Source: a virus (taxonomy: Duplodnaviria > Caudoviricetes). From it: 64,000 nt of DNA. The position numbers and the translations under genes are program-made. Shown in pieces: positions 29,057 to 40,338 of this stretch; the first letter of the stretch is position 1, and each line of letters opens with the position of its first letter. A model generated the notes under the pieces. That model did not search any database. It had not been told where the DNA came from and was given only the letters and a program-made list of their open reading frames with translations. The DNA lies in IMG/VR virus record IMGVR_UViG_3300027996_003878, one strand, 5' to 3'.

Positions 29057-31267
29057 TTACGTAATTGGAGTTGTATTTCTTAATATCGGTCTAGTCGTAG
29101 AACTATCAGTCTCCTTGTAAACGCGAACGATAGGTGCATCTAATAATATATCAGACTCAGAGTGGAATACCATATTTCCACCACTAGAAAATCTCATTTG
29201 ACCAGGCGTAACTATATCTATACCTCCTGAATAAATTCTTAATATAGACATTACACCTGCATTGTTCAAAACTCTTATTTCAAATGCACCATTCCTAAAA
29301 GCAGAATTTTCTAATGAAAAACGACTATCGCTAGAAGAATCTAATCCAACGCCCCCAACCTGAAGCAAGACATCTCCATCAAAAGAAGCTGCGTAACTAA
29401 CTCCCTGCTTATCTCTACCAACGTTTCCGACAATCCCACCCGCATAATCAAACCAAACAGATTGACGATCTACAGTATTTGCTCCAACGTTAATATTAAC
29501 CATACCATCCAAATTAATAGTGCCACTGCGACCACCAGAATTGGCCTCCTCTCCAGATACAGTTAATTCTTTAGATACAATGAATTCAAATTCTTTTGCA
29601 TCAAAGTTCAAAGCACTATCTTCATCATACGGAACTAATTTTTTGAAATCAATTCCTGGAGACTCTGGAGCAGTCTCTCGATATGATTTAGCGGGCTGAT
29701 ATTCAGATATTGTATTAGAAATGTCATGATAAACAGTCCCTAGTTTTATTCGTTTTTCAGAAAATCGATCCAATGGACTAACAAAATCTTTAAGAGAACT
29801 GTCGCCAGACTTTAACTTGACTCCAGATTCATTATCGTCAGCTTTGTAGTTCGCAAAATTTTCAATTAAAATGTCTTTAAAATCATCACTAATAACAAAA
29901 GAGTTTGGCTTAACGCTACCATCCGTCTCATTTGCAGCCTCTACATTTGAAAAATTCTCATACCGAGTGAGCAATCCAACATTTCCAACTTCACTCGATG
30001 CAGGAACATTTAATTTAAACTGCCCTTCTTTATCAATATCTAGGAAAAATCTGCTTCTACTTCTGGCATAATTGTTTTTTAAATTTACATCTGGAGCATC
30101 AACGATTTTATATTTATCACCTTCAACTTCTGGGTAGCTGCTTGATTTAGACGGATCAAGCTCAAACCCTTTTCTAGAATTTATTTCAAAATGATAAGCT
30201 AACGATTTTCTTAGTTGAGAGCGTATCTTTGCAAATGAATTTGGTATATCTGAGCTTTCATTAAACCCAAATCCCTCAGCGGCTCCCACTGGTAATACAT
30301 CTCGATTAAGATCTAGAACATTTCCCGCTGAATCAGATACAGTGCCATATATTTTTTCTATTAAATTGTTTGGCCTCTCTAAACTTAGGCTTAACGTATC
30401 TGCTCGAATATTTTCTCTATTGTCTATAATTTTAGGAGTATTAGACCCCTTGTACGCCTCAAACTCTACTCTATCTGAACGTACATTGAATTCTTGACTA
30501 CACTCATAAAAAACTTTTCTAGATTCTGTAAGCGGTGGATTTCTGACGCGATCAATTAATCCAATATTTTTTGTATTCTCGCTAGCACCGCCAAGCCACG
30601 AAACTCCAAATTTAGGATCAATACCAATAGAATCCAATTGTCGCTCGTATGATTGAGTATCTAATAACGAGTAAAGAAGCTCTCTATCAATAACATCGTG
30701 CTTGTCTCTATGAATTTGGCCTTCCATAGATCGAGCAGCATCCGTAAATGATAAAGATGTAGAAAAATTATCACTAATTATACTGCCATTTGTTATTCCG
30801 AACTCTTTTGTATTAATGTGCAAAACATCTTTGGTTGGCCCTTTTCCAATTCGAATACCACCGTCGCCGGCCTCGCCGCTTGGAGCTAGCTGTATAGCAT
30901 TTTCCTCATCGGCCTGAACTAAAGCAGTGCCTGGCTCCAGTCTAGACATCTTGGTTAGCCCAGTAGTGCCATCTACATCAGTAAATGCATCATCCGTAGG
31001 CAAGTAAGCTACAATATGCCATTCGCCTAAACTTTGGCGACACAAAACATTACTACCTTCAGCCGGATACCCCCCTATAAACTGAGAAGACTCACCAGGC
31101 CCGGCCCAAGCTAACGGTATTTTGGCAGTGTACGATTGTTCTTGATGATCCGTTGTAACATCTAATAGCCGTATCCTTACGTTACCATCATCAAAATATT
31201 CAGTTATTTGAGCCTTACGTAAAGCCGCTTCTGGCGCCCCAAATTGAGCTATATCATCATATGCCAT
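29057..31267 (-). CDS. Baseplate spike/gp5-like protein (N-terminal OB fold)
   Basis: AQITEYFDDGNVRIRL...KIPLAW...GGYPAEGSNV; C-terminal beta-strand repeats; follows the hub gene. Confidence 0.55.
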   Translation of the reverse strand: MAYDDIAQFGAPEAALRKAQITEYFDDGNVRIRLLDVTTDHQEQSYTAKIPLAWAGPGESSQFIGGYPAEGSNVLCRQSLGEWHIVAYLPTDDAFTDVDGTTGLTKMSRLEPGTALVQADEENAIQLAPSGEAGDGGIRIGKGPTKDVLHINTKEFGITNGSIISDNFSTSLSFTDAARSMEGQIHRDKHDVIDRELLYSLLDTQSYERQLDSIGIDPKFGVSWLGGASENTKNIGLIDRVRNPPLTESRKVFYECSQEFNVRSDRVEFEAYKGSNTPKIIDNRENIRADTLSLSLERPNNLIEKIYGTVSDSAGNVLDLNRDVLPVGAAEGFGFNESSDIPNSFAKIRSQLRKSLAYHFEINSRKGFELDPSKSSSYPEVEGDKYKIVDAPDVNLKNNYARSRSRFFLDIDKEGQFKLNVPASSEVGNVGLLTRYENFSNVEAANETDGSVKPNSFVISDDFKDILIENFANYKADDNESGVKLKSGDSSLKDFVSPLDRFSEKRIKLGTVYHDISNTISEYQPAKSYRETAPESPGIDFKKLVPYDEDSALNFDAKEFEFIVSKELTVSGEEANSGGRSGTINLDGMVNINVGANTVDRQSVWFDYAGGIVGNVGRDKQGVSYAASFDGDVLLQVGGVGLDSSSDSRFSLENSAFRNGAFEIRVLNNAGVMSILRIYSGGIDIVTPGQMRFSSGGNMVFHSESDILLDAPIVRVYKETDSSTTRPILRNTTPIT

Positions 31268-31275
31268 AAATTACC

Positions 31276-34200
31276 CTAACTGATACTAGAACCAACGTCA
31301 TCAATACTCTGGGGAAGCGAAGACTGAATATCTGAAATTTGTGATTTGACAAACTGCTTTTTCAATTTATCATATTTTTCATTAATCTTATTTTGATCTT
31401 CACTTATACTGCTAGAAGGCTGAATAATTCCCGGAGGCTGCTCTACAAATCTAATCCAAACATCAAGAACAACGTTGAAAAAAGCCTCTTTCCCAGGCTT
31501 ACCAAGCGCCCCCGGCCCCTCTGAAGAATCAACCGCACCACCTATGTAGTTTAAGTAATAATCTGTAAATAAATCCCAGGCCCTTTGAGATGGCGAAGGA
31601 GTGACGTCTCCATCTTTACCATCCTCATCCAAATTAACAAGCCTTATAGTTGGACTATCTTTCGACACAACAAACTCCGGCTTATCGATTGCCGGCAAAA
31701 GAACATTACCATCATCAAGGGCCACTTGAGATGGATTTGTAAGCCACCCTATAACTGCATTAGCTGCATTTAAAATAGAGACCCTTGGAGAGATATCATT
31801 AGTCTTGTAATGTCTTATTTCCAATATCATCCTTCTACCTGTAGTGCTTGAAGATGTGTATCCAGCAAGGGCAATCGCAATATTTTTTAACACATCTATA
31901 TTCTGCTTTGCAAAAGTACCAGTTACTAGCGCCTTCAAGGCACTTGCGCCCGTTGGAAACCCAACACTATCAACAAGCAGCGCTCCAACTGAAAGCGAAT
32001 CATCTGCCGGCTGAAATCTATCCTGCCTAACCAAATGAGCTTTATTTCGATTTGTATAAAGACCTTTGCCAATTATATCTAAAGTTGTAGGAATATACTC
32101 CCCTGGGTTATGTCCATAAGTTAAAGTCAAAGTGGTCCTAAATTCACTGCCATAAGTAAAACTGTGACTTATACTTTCTGTATAAAACAATAAGTCTCGA
32201 TCTTCTATATAATAAACCTCACCCGGTTGAATATACTCATTCCCAACAACTGTTGCAGATGCCGTGAATATCTTTTCCCTTTCCATGTTTAATTGATAAA
32301 CCGCATACGGAGCACATTGAGTATATGGATTTTCGAAATAAGGAGCATTAATAGAGCCAGCCTGTCTAAAACCATATAAGCGCCACATATCATAATCTAC
32401 GGCAAATGCCGTAGAAAAACCATTGCCGCCTTGACCAATCTCTAAGCCCGAAGGCTCCCTAACTAAAGCCTTCCCGAGCCTTCCATTGACTTGCACAATC
32501 GTTCTATCAGGAGGACGCTCTCTTAACTCAAATGATATTAACTTTTCACCAGAAATGATATATCGATTTCCAGAACCGGGACCATAATCATCATAACTCT
32601 CATCTTCAATCATACTTTCAAGCAACTCAGGAAATTCTTCTTTATTATTTCCCTTCAGCAGGTTAGTGTAAAGTACCATTTTTGGATTATTGTTCGCCGC
32701 ATTCCCTTGCTTTAAATTACTTATAGCATTGGACAAAGACTTTATTAAACTTTGCCTTTCACTTTCATATGTAGCTATGTCTGACGTAACTTTAATGACA
32801 TCTGATTGATTTAATCTTTGCGTTGAATTTGTTGACAGAATATCAGTAAAGCTTAATAAGTTTGGAGAATTAGTTCTTCTTTTTAATCTTTGGGCTATTA
32901 CACTTATTCTATCTGTTATATTTTTTTGTGAAGCGTTATTTCCAAATTTATTATCTAAACTAATTTGTAGCTGCTTGTTAATATTGAAATGTTTTCTTTT
33001 TTCTAAATTTGTATTTAAAGATTGGCTTATAGGCTCTAGCGCTCTATTGATTTCTCTTTCTTTTCTTTCAGGATCACTTTCATAAAATAACTTTCTAAAG
33101 TCAGAGCCGGCAATAGTACCATTGCTTATATTCGCAGAAAGTAAATCAATATCAAATTTGTTTTTTATATTATCATCCGTTATAAATCCAATAGCTGCTG
33201 CTCTTATTCTTATTTCATCTTCAACTATTTCTAACTGATCTGTTAAACCTTCAACCTGATTTACAAACAAACTGGTTAGAAACTCTGGGAATATCTTGAT
33301 GCCCTTTGTCAGGCTATCATTAATCATTTTTTCAAAAACAGAGCTGGGCATCCTATTATACTTTGGCGCACGTGCTCGAATATGCCCCTGACTGTCTGCA
33401 AAAATTTCAAATTGAAGTAATCTAGCAATATCTCCCAGCGAATCAAATACGTTTCTATATGAGCTATTAAAGGTTTCCAAATTACCAAGAGCCTCCTCAA
33501 AAACCTGAAGGTCATAATTCTTGTCATAAGAATCATCTACAATAAACAAATTTGGATCTTCATTTGCTTTTACCTTCCAGAGGCGACGTTTAGTTAAATA
33601 GTTCAATCTCTTTCTAAGTTGAGTTCTCGCTCTAGCAAGTTCACTTTGCCTTCTAACGTTACCCACATTCATAATAGAAGGATTAAATGAAATGTCGTCA
33701 CCAGCGATTACTAAAGTTTTACTTTGCTCCAGAGCTTGATTTAGAGTTTCTGTAAAAGTAGTTCTCTCTAATTCAATCTGCCTATCTAATTCGATAATTT
33801 GCTCCGTTAAACTTTGTGTTGTAGGATCAACTGTAACTTTCGAAAGTAATGCTTCGTCCTGATAAAACTGAGGAACATTATTAAACTGAGAGACAGCCTC
33901 TGTCAGTAAGTCAAACTTTTTAGCTCTTTCTTTAATTAATACTGATAATTTCTGATTTGATTGCTCTATATCAAATTGACCCGAAGCTAAGAATTTATAC
34001 GTCTTATCATTTATCTCTAACTCTTTGAATGGAGTAAAGTTACCCCACGTTGCATTGGTTGAAGAAATTTCACCCAATAAGGCTTTAAGAAAAGATGCTG
34101 AGTTGCGATTATTTGTGTAGGGGTCTCTAAACGAAGAGTCAGATTTAATCGCAGAACGAATAAAGTTATTAAAATTATATGGCTCACCAGTTACCAACAA

Positions 34201-36288
34201 TGAGATAACGTTCATCGCATCTTGGCCTGCATATGGACTTGTCGTAATTTTTTGAGACGATTCGCTTGGCAGCGAGCCTAATCCATAAGAGCCTCCTGGT
34301 CCAAATAATACTAAACTGCCTATCCCTTCTTTCCAACGATAGATAAGCCCATCAGGGTTATTAAACTTCTTTCTAAAAAAAGCTGAAGAAATTTTTTCAA
34401 TTTCAGATGAATTATTATAATTTTCTTTCGTCGCCTTTTGGCCGACATTTTTTCCAGCTTTATACCTTAATAGACCTGAATCAAGTCTATTTATATTTTC
34501 ATTAAGCCACGGCGGTAAGCCATCTTTTGTCTCTGAAAAACCTGTCGCGAGGTCAAACTTAAGATCAAAGGGCGTTAGCGGGTCATACAACGCTCCATTA
34601 TAAACAGAAGAAGATGGGTTTACATTTACCTGACCAAGTTTAAAGTATTCTGAATTATCTGACAAAGTAACTGTCAGGCGATACCTGCCTCCATTGTAAC
34701 TATGAACTGCATTCCCAACCAAGCCGGAAAAAACGCAGGTGCCAGCGGCTTGCCTTGTAAAGTCATTTCTAAGAAGGTTATAAAGCCATAAAGGAAATTC
34801 AGGGCCAGCAATTGAATTTTTTTCAATTTCTATCCAACTATCTTCAATTCCATCATTTTTGCCAAATAAAGCTTTTAGATCTGAAAAAGCTGAATTGACA
34901 TCCCCTATAGTGCTGTTTAATTTACTAGTAAGAGACTGACCTTTGTATGTTGCATTCATCCCTTGAATGACTTTTCTATCAACGCCTGTTTTTGATGATA
35001 CAAAAATAGAAACCACATCTAATGGCTGTATAATTGACTTGTTGCCAAAATGAAGACGCATTTTACGTCGAACAAGATTCGTTCGTTCATTGAATTTAGT
35101 GATTTCTGACTTCGTAGTTTCTCTTAAGCCAATAGATGTATACAAATTAGAAATTATTTGTTTGAATATATCAGCCTCACTGCTTGATATGTCTAATCCC
35201 AAAAAACTAACTTGAGCCGGTGGCTCTTGTGATAGTCCGTTAGGGCCTTCAAACGCACTTGGATCTAATTTGACGGGGGATGTACTTGGATCTAGTAAAT
35301 TTATTCCAAAATTACCACCTTCAAACGTAAACTCTATTTCGCGCCCCTCCTCTTCAATAATAGCCCTTACTTTTTTAAATAGTAAAGACTGCTCGTTTAC
35401 AAGGAATTCAATTCGAGACACACCACGCGACATGCGAAGTTCATTTAACTTCAGACGAAGGTCTTGAGTAGCTTGCTCTAATTGCTTTTCACTAATTCTT
35501 AAAAAATTATTTTGGTCCGCTCTACTTGCAGCTTCAGAAATCGCTCTATCAATATCATCATTTGAAATGATCATCAATGAGTACGGATCTTCTATGCCAA
35601 GACTCGCACTACCGCCTCCTAATTTTGTAGAATTAGTACAATTAAACGTACTTACTAGCGTCAGCTCAAAAGTACCATTGCCCTCTCCTGTATTTGACGC
35701 ATATGAAATTTGCTTATCATTAATCCACGTTGTTATAAAATTTGGATATGATAAATATTTTACTTTTCTAATTGTTTCTAACTTTTGCCTTGTTTTTTCA
35801 TCTATCAAATTAGGCTTAAAAGCATTTATACTATCTATCGCAGAAAATACTAGAGGCAATGCAAAATCACCCACAGATCCGTTTTCTGCAACTATTCTTT
35901 CTATCTTAGACAATCGCTCATATGCAGCAATGACTTCACATTTTTGCTCAAATAATTTTTTACTGGCACGAATAAATAACTTTTCATCAGCATCCATCAA
36001 ATCCGTTCTATAATTTTCGGACAATGATGAAAACATTCTTTTCTTTACAACAACCGTGACATCCGGCTCTTGAATTAATATTTGAGAAATACGAGGTTTG
36101 ATTCCTTGTATTGTTCCAGATTCCGTGTAAGAACGCTGCGCACTTCTATCAATGTTTTTGGCAAAGCCACCAAGAGCTGCATAAGGTATGTTAACTCCAC
36201 CTATATTCGTATCTAAGCTTCTTGTTTTGTTTTCAGCAATTCCTATTTGATCTAAAAAAGAATTACTTAGGTCTTCTAAAAAGGGCAT
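31276..36288 (-). CDS. Baseplate hub (gp27/gp44-like) protein, 1670 aa
   Basis: FADSQGHIRARAPKYN and ASATVVGNEYIQPGEVYY...SISHSFTYGSEFRTTLTL hub-type motifs. Confidence 0.65.
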   Translation of the reverse strand: MPFLEDLSNSFLDQIGIAENKTRSLDTNIGGVNIPYAALGGFAKNIDRSAQRSYTESGTIQGIKPRISQILIQEPDVTVVVKKRMFSSLSENYRTDLMDADEKLFIRASKKLFEQKCEVIAAYERLSKIERIVAENGSVGDFALPLVFSAIDSINAFKPNLIDEKTRQKLETIRKVKYLSYPNFITTWINDKQISYASNTGEGNGTFELTLVSTFNCTNSTKLGGGSASLGIEDPYSLMIISNDDIDRAISEAASRADQNNFLRISEKQLEQATQDLRLKLNELRMSRGVSRIEFLVNEQSLLFKKVRAIIEEEGREIEFTFEGGNFGINLLDPSTSPVKLDPSAFEGPNGLSQEPPAQVSFLGLDISSSEADIFKQIISNLYTSIGLRETTKSEITKFNERTNLVRRKMRLHFGNKSIIQPLDVVSIFVSSKTGVDRKVIQGMNATYKGQSLTSKLNSTIGDVNSAFSDLKALFGKNDGIEDSWIEIEKNSIAGPEFPLWLYNLLRNDFTRQAAGTCVFSGLVGNAVHSYNGGRYRLTVTLSDNSEYFKLGQVNVNPSSSVYNGALYDPLTPFDLKFDLATGFSETKDGLPPWLNENINRLDSGLLRYKAGKNVGQKATKENYNNSSEIEKISSAFFRKKFNNPDGLIYRWKEGIGSLVLFGPGGSYGLGSLPSESSQKITTSPYAGQDAMNVISLLVTGEPYNFNNFIRSAIKSDSSFRDPYTNNRNSASFLKALLGEISSTNATWGNFTPFKELEINDKTYKFLASGQFDIEQSNQKLSVLIKERAKKFDLLTEAVSQFNNVPQFYQDEALLSKVTVDPTTQSLTEQIIELDRQIELERTTFTETLNQALEQSKTLVIAGDDISFNPSIMNVGNVRRQSELARARTQLRKRLNYLTKRRLWKVKANEDPNLFIVDDSYDKNYDLQVFEEALGNLETFNSSYRNVFDSLGDIARLLQFEIFADSQGHIRARAPKYNRMPSSVFEKMINDSLTKGIKIFPEFLTSLFVNQVEGLTDQLEIVEDEIRIRAAAIGFITDDNIKNKFDIDLLSANISNGTIAGSDFRKLFYESDPERKEREINRALEPISQSLNTNLEKRKHFNINKQLQISLDNKFGNNASQKNITDRISVIAQRLKRRTNSPNLLSFTDILSTNSTQRLNQSDVIKVTSDIATYESERQSLIKSLSNAISNLKQGNAANNNPKMVLYTNLLKGNNKEEFPELLESMIEDESYDDYGPGSGNRYIISGEKLISFELRERPPDRTIVQVNGRLGKALVREPSGLEIGQGGNGFSTAFAVDYDMWRLYGFRQAGSINAPYFENPYTQCAPYAVYQLNMEREKIFTASATVVGNEYIQPGEVYYIEDRDLLFYTESISHSFTYGSEFRTTLTLTYGHNPGEYIPTTLDIIGKGLYTNRNKAHLVRQDRFQPADDSLSVGALLVDSVGFPTGASALKALVTGTFAKQNIDVLKNIAIALAGYTSSSTTGRRMILEIRHYKTNDISPRVSILNAANAVIGWLTNPSQVALDDGNVLLPAIDKPEFVVSKDSPTIRLVNLDEDGKDGDVTPSPSQRAWDLFTDYYLNYIGGAVDSSEGPGALGKPGKEAFFNVVLDVWIRFVEQPPGIIQPSSSISEDQNKINEKYDKLKKQFVKSQISDIQSSLPQSIDDVGSSIS

Positions 36289-36323
36289 CGATATCTTCCT
36301 GCGCTCTGATAAAAATGTTAAAA

Positions 36324-37232
36324 TTAAAAGTCAAAGGGTGTACTGAATAACTGATCTGGATTTTGCAATGTTTCCACCAAGTTTGATCCAGATGACTGAC
36401 GCTGCCCCGCAGCAGTCGCCTGTTCTCCAATTACCAAACCTCCAAAGCTATAAGGGGTGCCTAATTCGGGATCTGAATTGCTAGGTCCAGAAACCGCACT
36501 ACGATGCCATGGAAAAAAGTTCTGACGAAATCCGCGCTTTTGAGTTACTGTAAAATTAATACTATAATAAAATAAGCCAATTTTATCCGCAGACTCTGTT
36601 ACGGTAAAATCATTAAAGTATCCACGGTATACCTCTCCACTCCAGTACATCTCTACTGTAAATGCCAATGCCGCTAATGAAGGTGCCTGAGATGCTCTGT
36701 GTGGGCCTGGAGTCTCAGCCCCAAGTAAAGTTGCAAGGAAAGGCTGCGACTCCTCAAGGGCGTCTCCAATCCCAAAAACACCATTACTAAACTGATTTCT
36801 TTCATTTTCCGCAGCTAAATAGAGGGCATAGGGATCAAACGCAGCTTGTTCGTTCCTGTAAACGTCGTACAATACATTTATACCCTCAATGCCGGATGAA
36901 CCCGTAGTGCCTTCAATAGCTAATGTTGTTAACTGCTCGCCCCAATATTGTAATATATAACCACCCTTCGTCTTTGTGGCTCCAGGTATATCTTTTCTAT
37001 AATTATATCGTATCGATTGAGGGTTAATATACATCTCTACGATGGGTCCGTCGGGAATCAGCCAACGAACCATATTTCTTACGCTATAAGCTGGGCGATT
37101 ATTTCTTATCCTTCCCTGCCTTGTTCCCAAACCACTACTTGAAGGCACAGCTGGAGAGGCGAAGGAATTGCCTTCTAAAAATTGACCGGCTATATCAAAA
37201 AAGTCATTTGATTGTTTTGGTTGAATTGGCAT
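36324..37232 (-). CDS. Tail tube initiator / CIS-tube-like protein
   Basis: MYINPQSIRY..RK..TKGG...YWGE...IEGTTG; sits between tape measure and hub. Confidence 0.6.
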   Translation of the reverse strand: MPIQPKQSNDFFDIAGQFLEGNSFASPAVPSSSGLGTRQGRIRNNRPAYSVRNMVRWLIPDGPIVEMYINPQSIRYNYRKDIPGATKTKGGYILQYWGEQLTTLAIEGTTGSSGIEGINVLYDVYRNEQAAFDPYALYLAAENERNQFSNGVFGIGDALEESQPFLATLLGAETPGPHRASQAPSLAALAFTVEMYWSGEVYRGYFNDFTVTESADKIGLFYYSINFTVTQKRGFRQNFFPWHRSAVSGPSNSDPELGTPYSFGGLVIGEQATAAGQRQSSGSNLVETLQNPDQLFSTPFDF

Positions 37233-37241
37233 TTTTTATCC

Positions 37242-39272
37242 TTATAATAACCCAGAATCTATCTTGCGTCTTCTATCTGCATAATTTTTAATTGCTTTTT
37301 GTGCTATGGCGTCACCGCAAGTTTCACATGTAATATTTAATCGAAGCTCTCTTGTATCTTGTCTGGCCGCCGGAGGTGCCTGCGGCTCTGTTGTGGTTCT
37401 TCGCCCAGGAGTTATGGATGCTGCTTGTGGAACTACTGCACCAAGTTTGGGTCTGCCGGTTGCAGCTGGAACTTCCTTTCCTCTTCCTTCTTTTGCAGGC
37501 TCCTGTTTTTCGTCGGCTGGTTCAATTTTCTTTTTGAGCGCCATAATTGCCGTTCCCAAGCTTTTCGCAAACTCTTTCAACTTCTTTGTTGATGACACGG
37601 TTGCCACTGAATAACTTCTAAATACCTGTAGAGCAGATCTGCGCGGAGAGGCGCCTTCGACTTGTGCAAATGCATCTTCACGAGTTTCTTTCATCCTTTC
37701 CGCTCTGCCTGGAAGAACTTCTCTAGCCAACTCGGCGGCTGTTTTTGAAGTGGAAACTTTAATTAATTCCAGCTCATTTATCATTGAATTAAATTGACTG
37801 GAATGCCTTTCTTGTATCTTTGTTCCAAGATCAACTTTGTCTGCCAAATTTTTATCTTCTTGTTTTAAAATTTTAGCAAACTCCCCTGGATCCTGTTGCT
37901 TCAAAGCTCTAATGATTAATTGAGCTTGACGCTCATTTTGAGCAATTGCGTTTGGACCCTGAGTTAGGAGCTGTAGCTGTTTTGTATACTGCCTTGCACC
38001 TCCCTCTGTTGCAGCCGCTTCTTCCAGGCCAACAATTCTTCGCCCAAATTGCCTTCTTAAAGATTTCTCTACATCCTGAAATACAGCGCCAAGGTCCCCC
38101 TTCTCCAGGGCTAAGCTCATTTTAAAAGCACCCCGCAGGCCTCCCACTCCACCGGCCATACCCGAAGTAAATGCCCTTTGCGCTATAGTCATTTGAGATA
38201 TATTACGTGTAACACCCTGTACTAATTGTGAAATTGCTCTGGGTCCAATATTAGAGCCTTTCAATGCATCGCTAAAACGACCAAGTATTTCTAAGACCCC
38301 TTTTGTATTGTCTCCAAAAAACTTAAAACTATCAGCAGCTGAATTTGTATATTCTTGCACTGTCCTTAACGGAAGTCCTAATTTGTCAGCCGCGACGCTC
38401 ATATTAGAAATAAACTTAAGAGCCCCTTCACCTTTTATACCAAGATTGTCAAAAGCTTGTGTTTGCAATTGTATAACTTTTGATAGACTTTGACCTGTGC
38501 CTGCGGCCAAACGGACTCTTGCGGCAAACATTGACATTTTTGCTCCGACACCACCCGGACCTGCAACTTTCGTGCTAAAAGTATCAAGCCTATCGGGAAG
38601 TTCTTTTAATGAATCTTCAAACTTTGCAACTTGACCTATAGTTAGACCGCTTTCATTTGCCAGCGCTTTAAGATTTCCAATATAACCTAATGTCGTATTT
38701 CCAAGATTGTCTATACTGCTACCCATGCCTTCAAGCATCATGGAAAATTGCCCTGCCGCAGCGGCTCTTTTCATGAAGCTAGCTTCCAAATTATTGAACT
38801 GATCAGCTGCCTTGGCAGTGTCTTCGCCAAGTTTTTTAATGCCTTCAAGTATCTTTCCGTCAAAGGTTTTTCTTAAGCTTTCAGGAAGTAACTTAAGTGC
38901 CTTATCAAATTGTTTAAAGCTTGTTTCCGCAGAGGCAAATTCGTTACCAACCGATGACCAGCCCCCTCCAAGATTTTTAAGCTCTTTACCTACCCCCAAC
39001 AGGCCAAGCCTTTGAGCAGCCATGACTTCCCCAACTTTCTTGCCAAGGTTTTTTAGTGAATTCGAAAGCTCTGGAGAGATTTTGATGTCAGCTAGCTTTG
39101 CCAAGTGATCTTTTGCTATCCGAGCTTTACTTCCAGCCGCCACAAAAGACTTTCCAAGGTTAGAAAGTTGAGCCATAAGCTTATTAGCAAAATCATTATC
39201 GCCTAACTGGCCAAGCGACTTTTTTATCTCGTCAATTTGACGCTGTATTTCTTTTAAATTTAGATCTGCCAT
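37242..39272 (-). CDS. Tape measure-like protein (676 aa)
   Basis: Ala/Gly/Lys-rich helical composition; canonical position after the tail chaperones. Confidence 0.7.
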   Translation of the reverse strand: MADLNLKEIQRQIDEIKKSLGQLGDNDFANKLMAQLSNLGKSFVAAGSKARIAKDHLAKLADIKISPELSNSLKNLGKKVGEVMAAQRLGLLGVGKELKNLGGGWSSVGNEFASAETSFKQFDKALKLLPESLRKTFDGKILEGIKKLGEDTAKAADQFNNLEASFMKRAAAAGQFSMMLEGMGSSIDNLGNTTLGYIGNLKALANESGLTIGQVAKFEDSLKELPDRLDTFSTKVAGPGGVGAKMSMFAARVRLAAGTGQSLSKVIQLQTQAFDNLGIKGEGALKFISNMSVAADKLGLPLRTVQEYTNSAADSFKFFGDNTKGVLEILGRFSDALKGSNIGPRAISQLVQGVTRNISQMTIAQRAFTSGMAGGVGGLRGAFKMSLALEKGDLGAVFQDVEKSLRRQFGRRIVGLEEAAATEGGARQYTKQLQLLTQGPNAIAQNERQAQLIIRALKQQDPGEFAKILKQEDKNLADKVDLGTKIQERHSSQFNSMINELELIKVSTSKTAAELAREVLPGRAERMKETREDAFAQVEGASPRRSALQVFRSYSVATVSSTKKLKEFAKSLGTAIMALKKKIEPADEKQEPAKEGRGKEVPAATGRPKLGAVVPQAASITPGRRTTTEPQAPPAARQDTRELRLNITCETCGDAIAQKAIKNYADRRRKIDSGLL

Positions 39273-39304
39273 AATATAGCTTTAATATTTTCTTTGTTAA
39301 TATT

Positions 39305-39655
39305 TTACTTTTTTCGTCTTCTTCGTCTTCTGGGCTTCGATCTTTCTCTTTCTTTTTGTTTCTCGATATCATTCATCATCATTTGAGTTGAAGCTTCAAA
39401 ATCTGTATCTGAAGATGAATAATCAGGATTTTCATCATCAATCATTTTCTGAGCCATTTCATGATTAGAAAAAGCTCCATTTAAAATGGCAAAATAACGC
39501 TCCGATTCATTCTTCTCCACATAATCTTGCTTCCAACTTTCATACATCCATAATTTCATTAAAGGATCTAGATCTTCTATCCATGGATCATTAGGAAGCT
39601 TTGAAAAGGTCTTACATAAGAACCACAGAAATCTATGATCTGGATCCTTTATTAT
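39305..39655 (-). CDS. -1 frame extension of the tail assembly chaperone (lambda T-like), 116 aa
   Basis: Frame is open from 39655 (IIKDPDHRFLWFLCKTFSKLPNDPWIEDLDPL) into the tracked 84-aa ORF and has no good start of its own. Confidence 0.75.
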   Translation of the reverse strand: MIKDPDHRFLWFLCKTFSKLPNDPWIEDLDPLMKLWMYESWKQDYVEKNESERYFAILNGAFSNHEMAQKMIDDENPDYSSSDTDFEASTQMMMNDIEKQKERERSKPRRRRRRKK

Positions 39656-40263
39656 TTTTTTACAGAATCTACCGCTTCTGCAACTTCCTCTTTGGAGGAA
39701 TTATCTTTCAAACCATATTTTTCCTCAGTTTCCTCAACCAAAAGCAAGTATTGTTTATATAAAATATCAACAACATTCTCTTCTAACTCATGAATAAAAT
39801 TAACCTTATCCTTCATTGATGAGCTTCCGATTACATCATTAATATCATGCCCGTCGATAAGATAAAGAGAGCGCGCCAAAGTATTAGCCCTTAACTCAAA
39901 AGTAAGGGTGACATCTTGAAGATGAGACACATCCAATAACACCTGCCTTAACTCCCGAGATTTGAGAGTTCTAAGGGAAAACTGGACATTCTCAAAGGAG
40001 AAATCTTTTGTATTTCTACCTATTCCAGTTAGAATTTCCACCCGTTGCTTCGAATTAAAAGAAATGTTTTGTGCCGCTCGTAATTCCTCAATCTTTCGCC
40101 TTCGCAATGCCTCATAATCAACCTGCTCACCGGGCGAAACTGATGCAGCTTGGGGGCCGGGACCTTGCGCCTGACCTGAGCTATCTTCTACTGTAAAAAC
40201 CTTTTGATTCTGGGGGCCTGAAGAAAAAGTTGTCTTACCAATGGGACTTTCTATCTCTGCCAT
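39652..40263 (-). CDS. Tail assembly chaperone (lambda G-like)
   Basis: FSLRTLKSRE...LARSLYLIDG; lies between tube and tape measure; ends in a slippery A7 run. Confidence 0.75.
   Translation of the reverse strand: MAEIESPIGKTTFSSGPQNQKVFTVEDSSGQAQGPGPQAASVSPGEQVDYEALRRRKIEELRAAQNISFNSKQRVEILTGIGRNTKDFSFENVQFSLRTLKSRELRQVLLDVSHLQDVTLTFELRANTLARSLYLIDGHDINDVIGSSSMKDKVNFIHELEENVVDILYKQYLLLVEETEEKYGLKDNSSKEEVAEAVDSVKK
39655..39661 (-). promoter_or_regulatory. -1 programmed ribosomal frameshift heptamer A AAA AAA
   Basis: GTA AAA AAA TAA TAA at the chaperone end; a -1 slip gives a 319-aa fusion. Confidence 0.75.
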
Positions 40264-40338
40264 TTTTCACCTTCTTGTATTAAAAATATGAACAATAAAA
40301 ATTATAAATTATAATCTTTATTGCTATAGTATATAACA

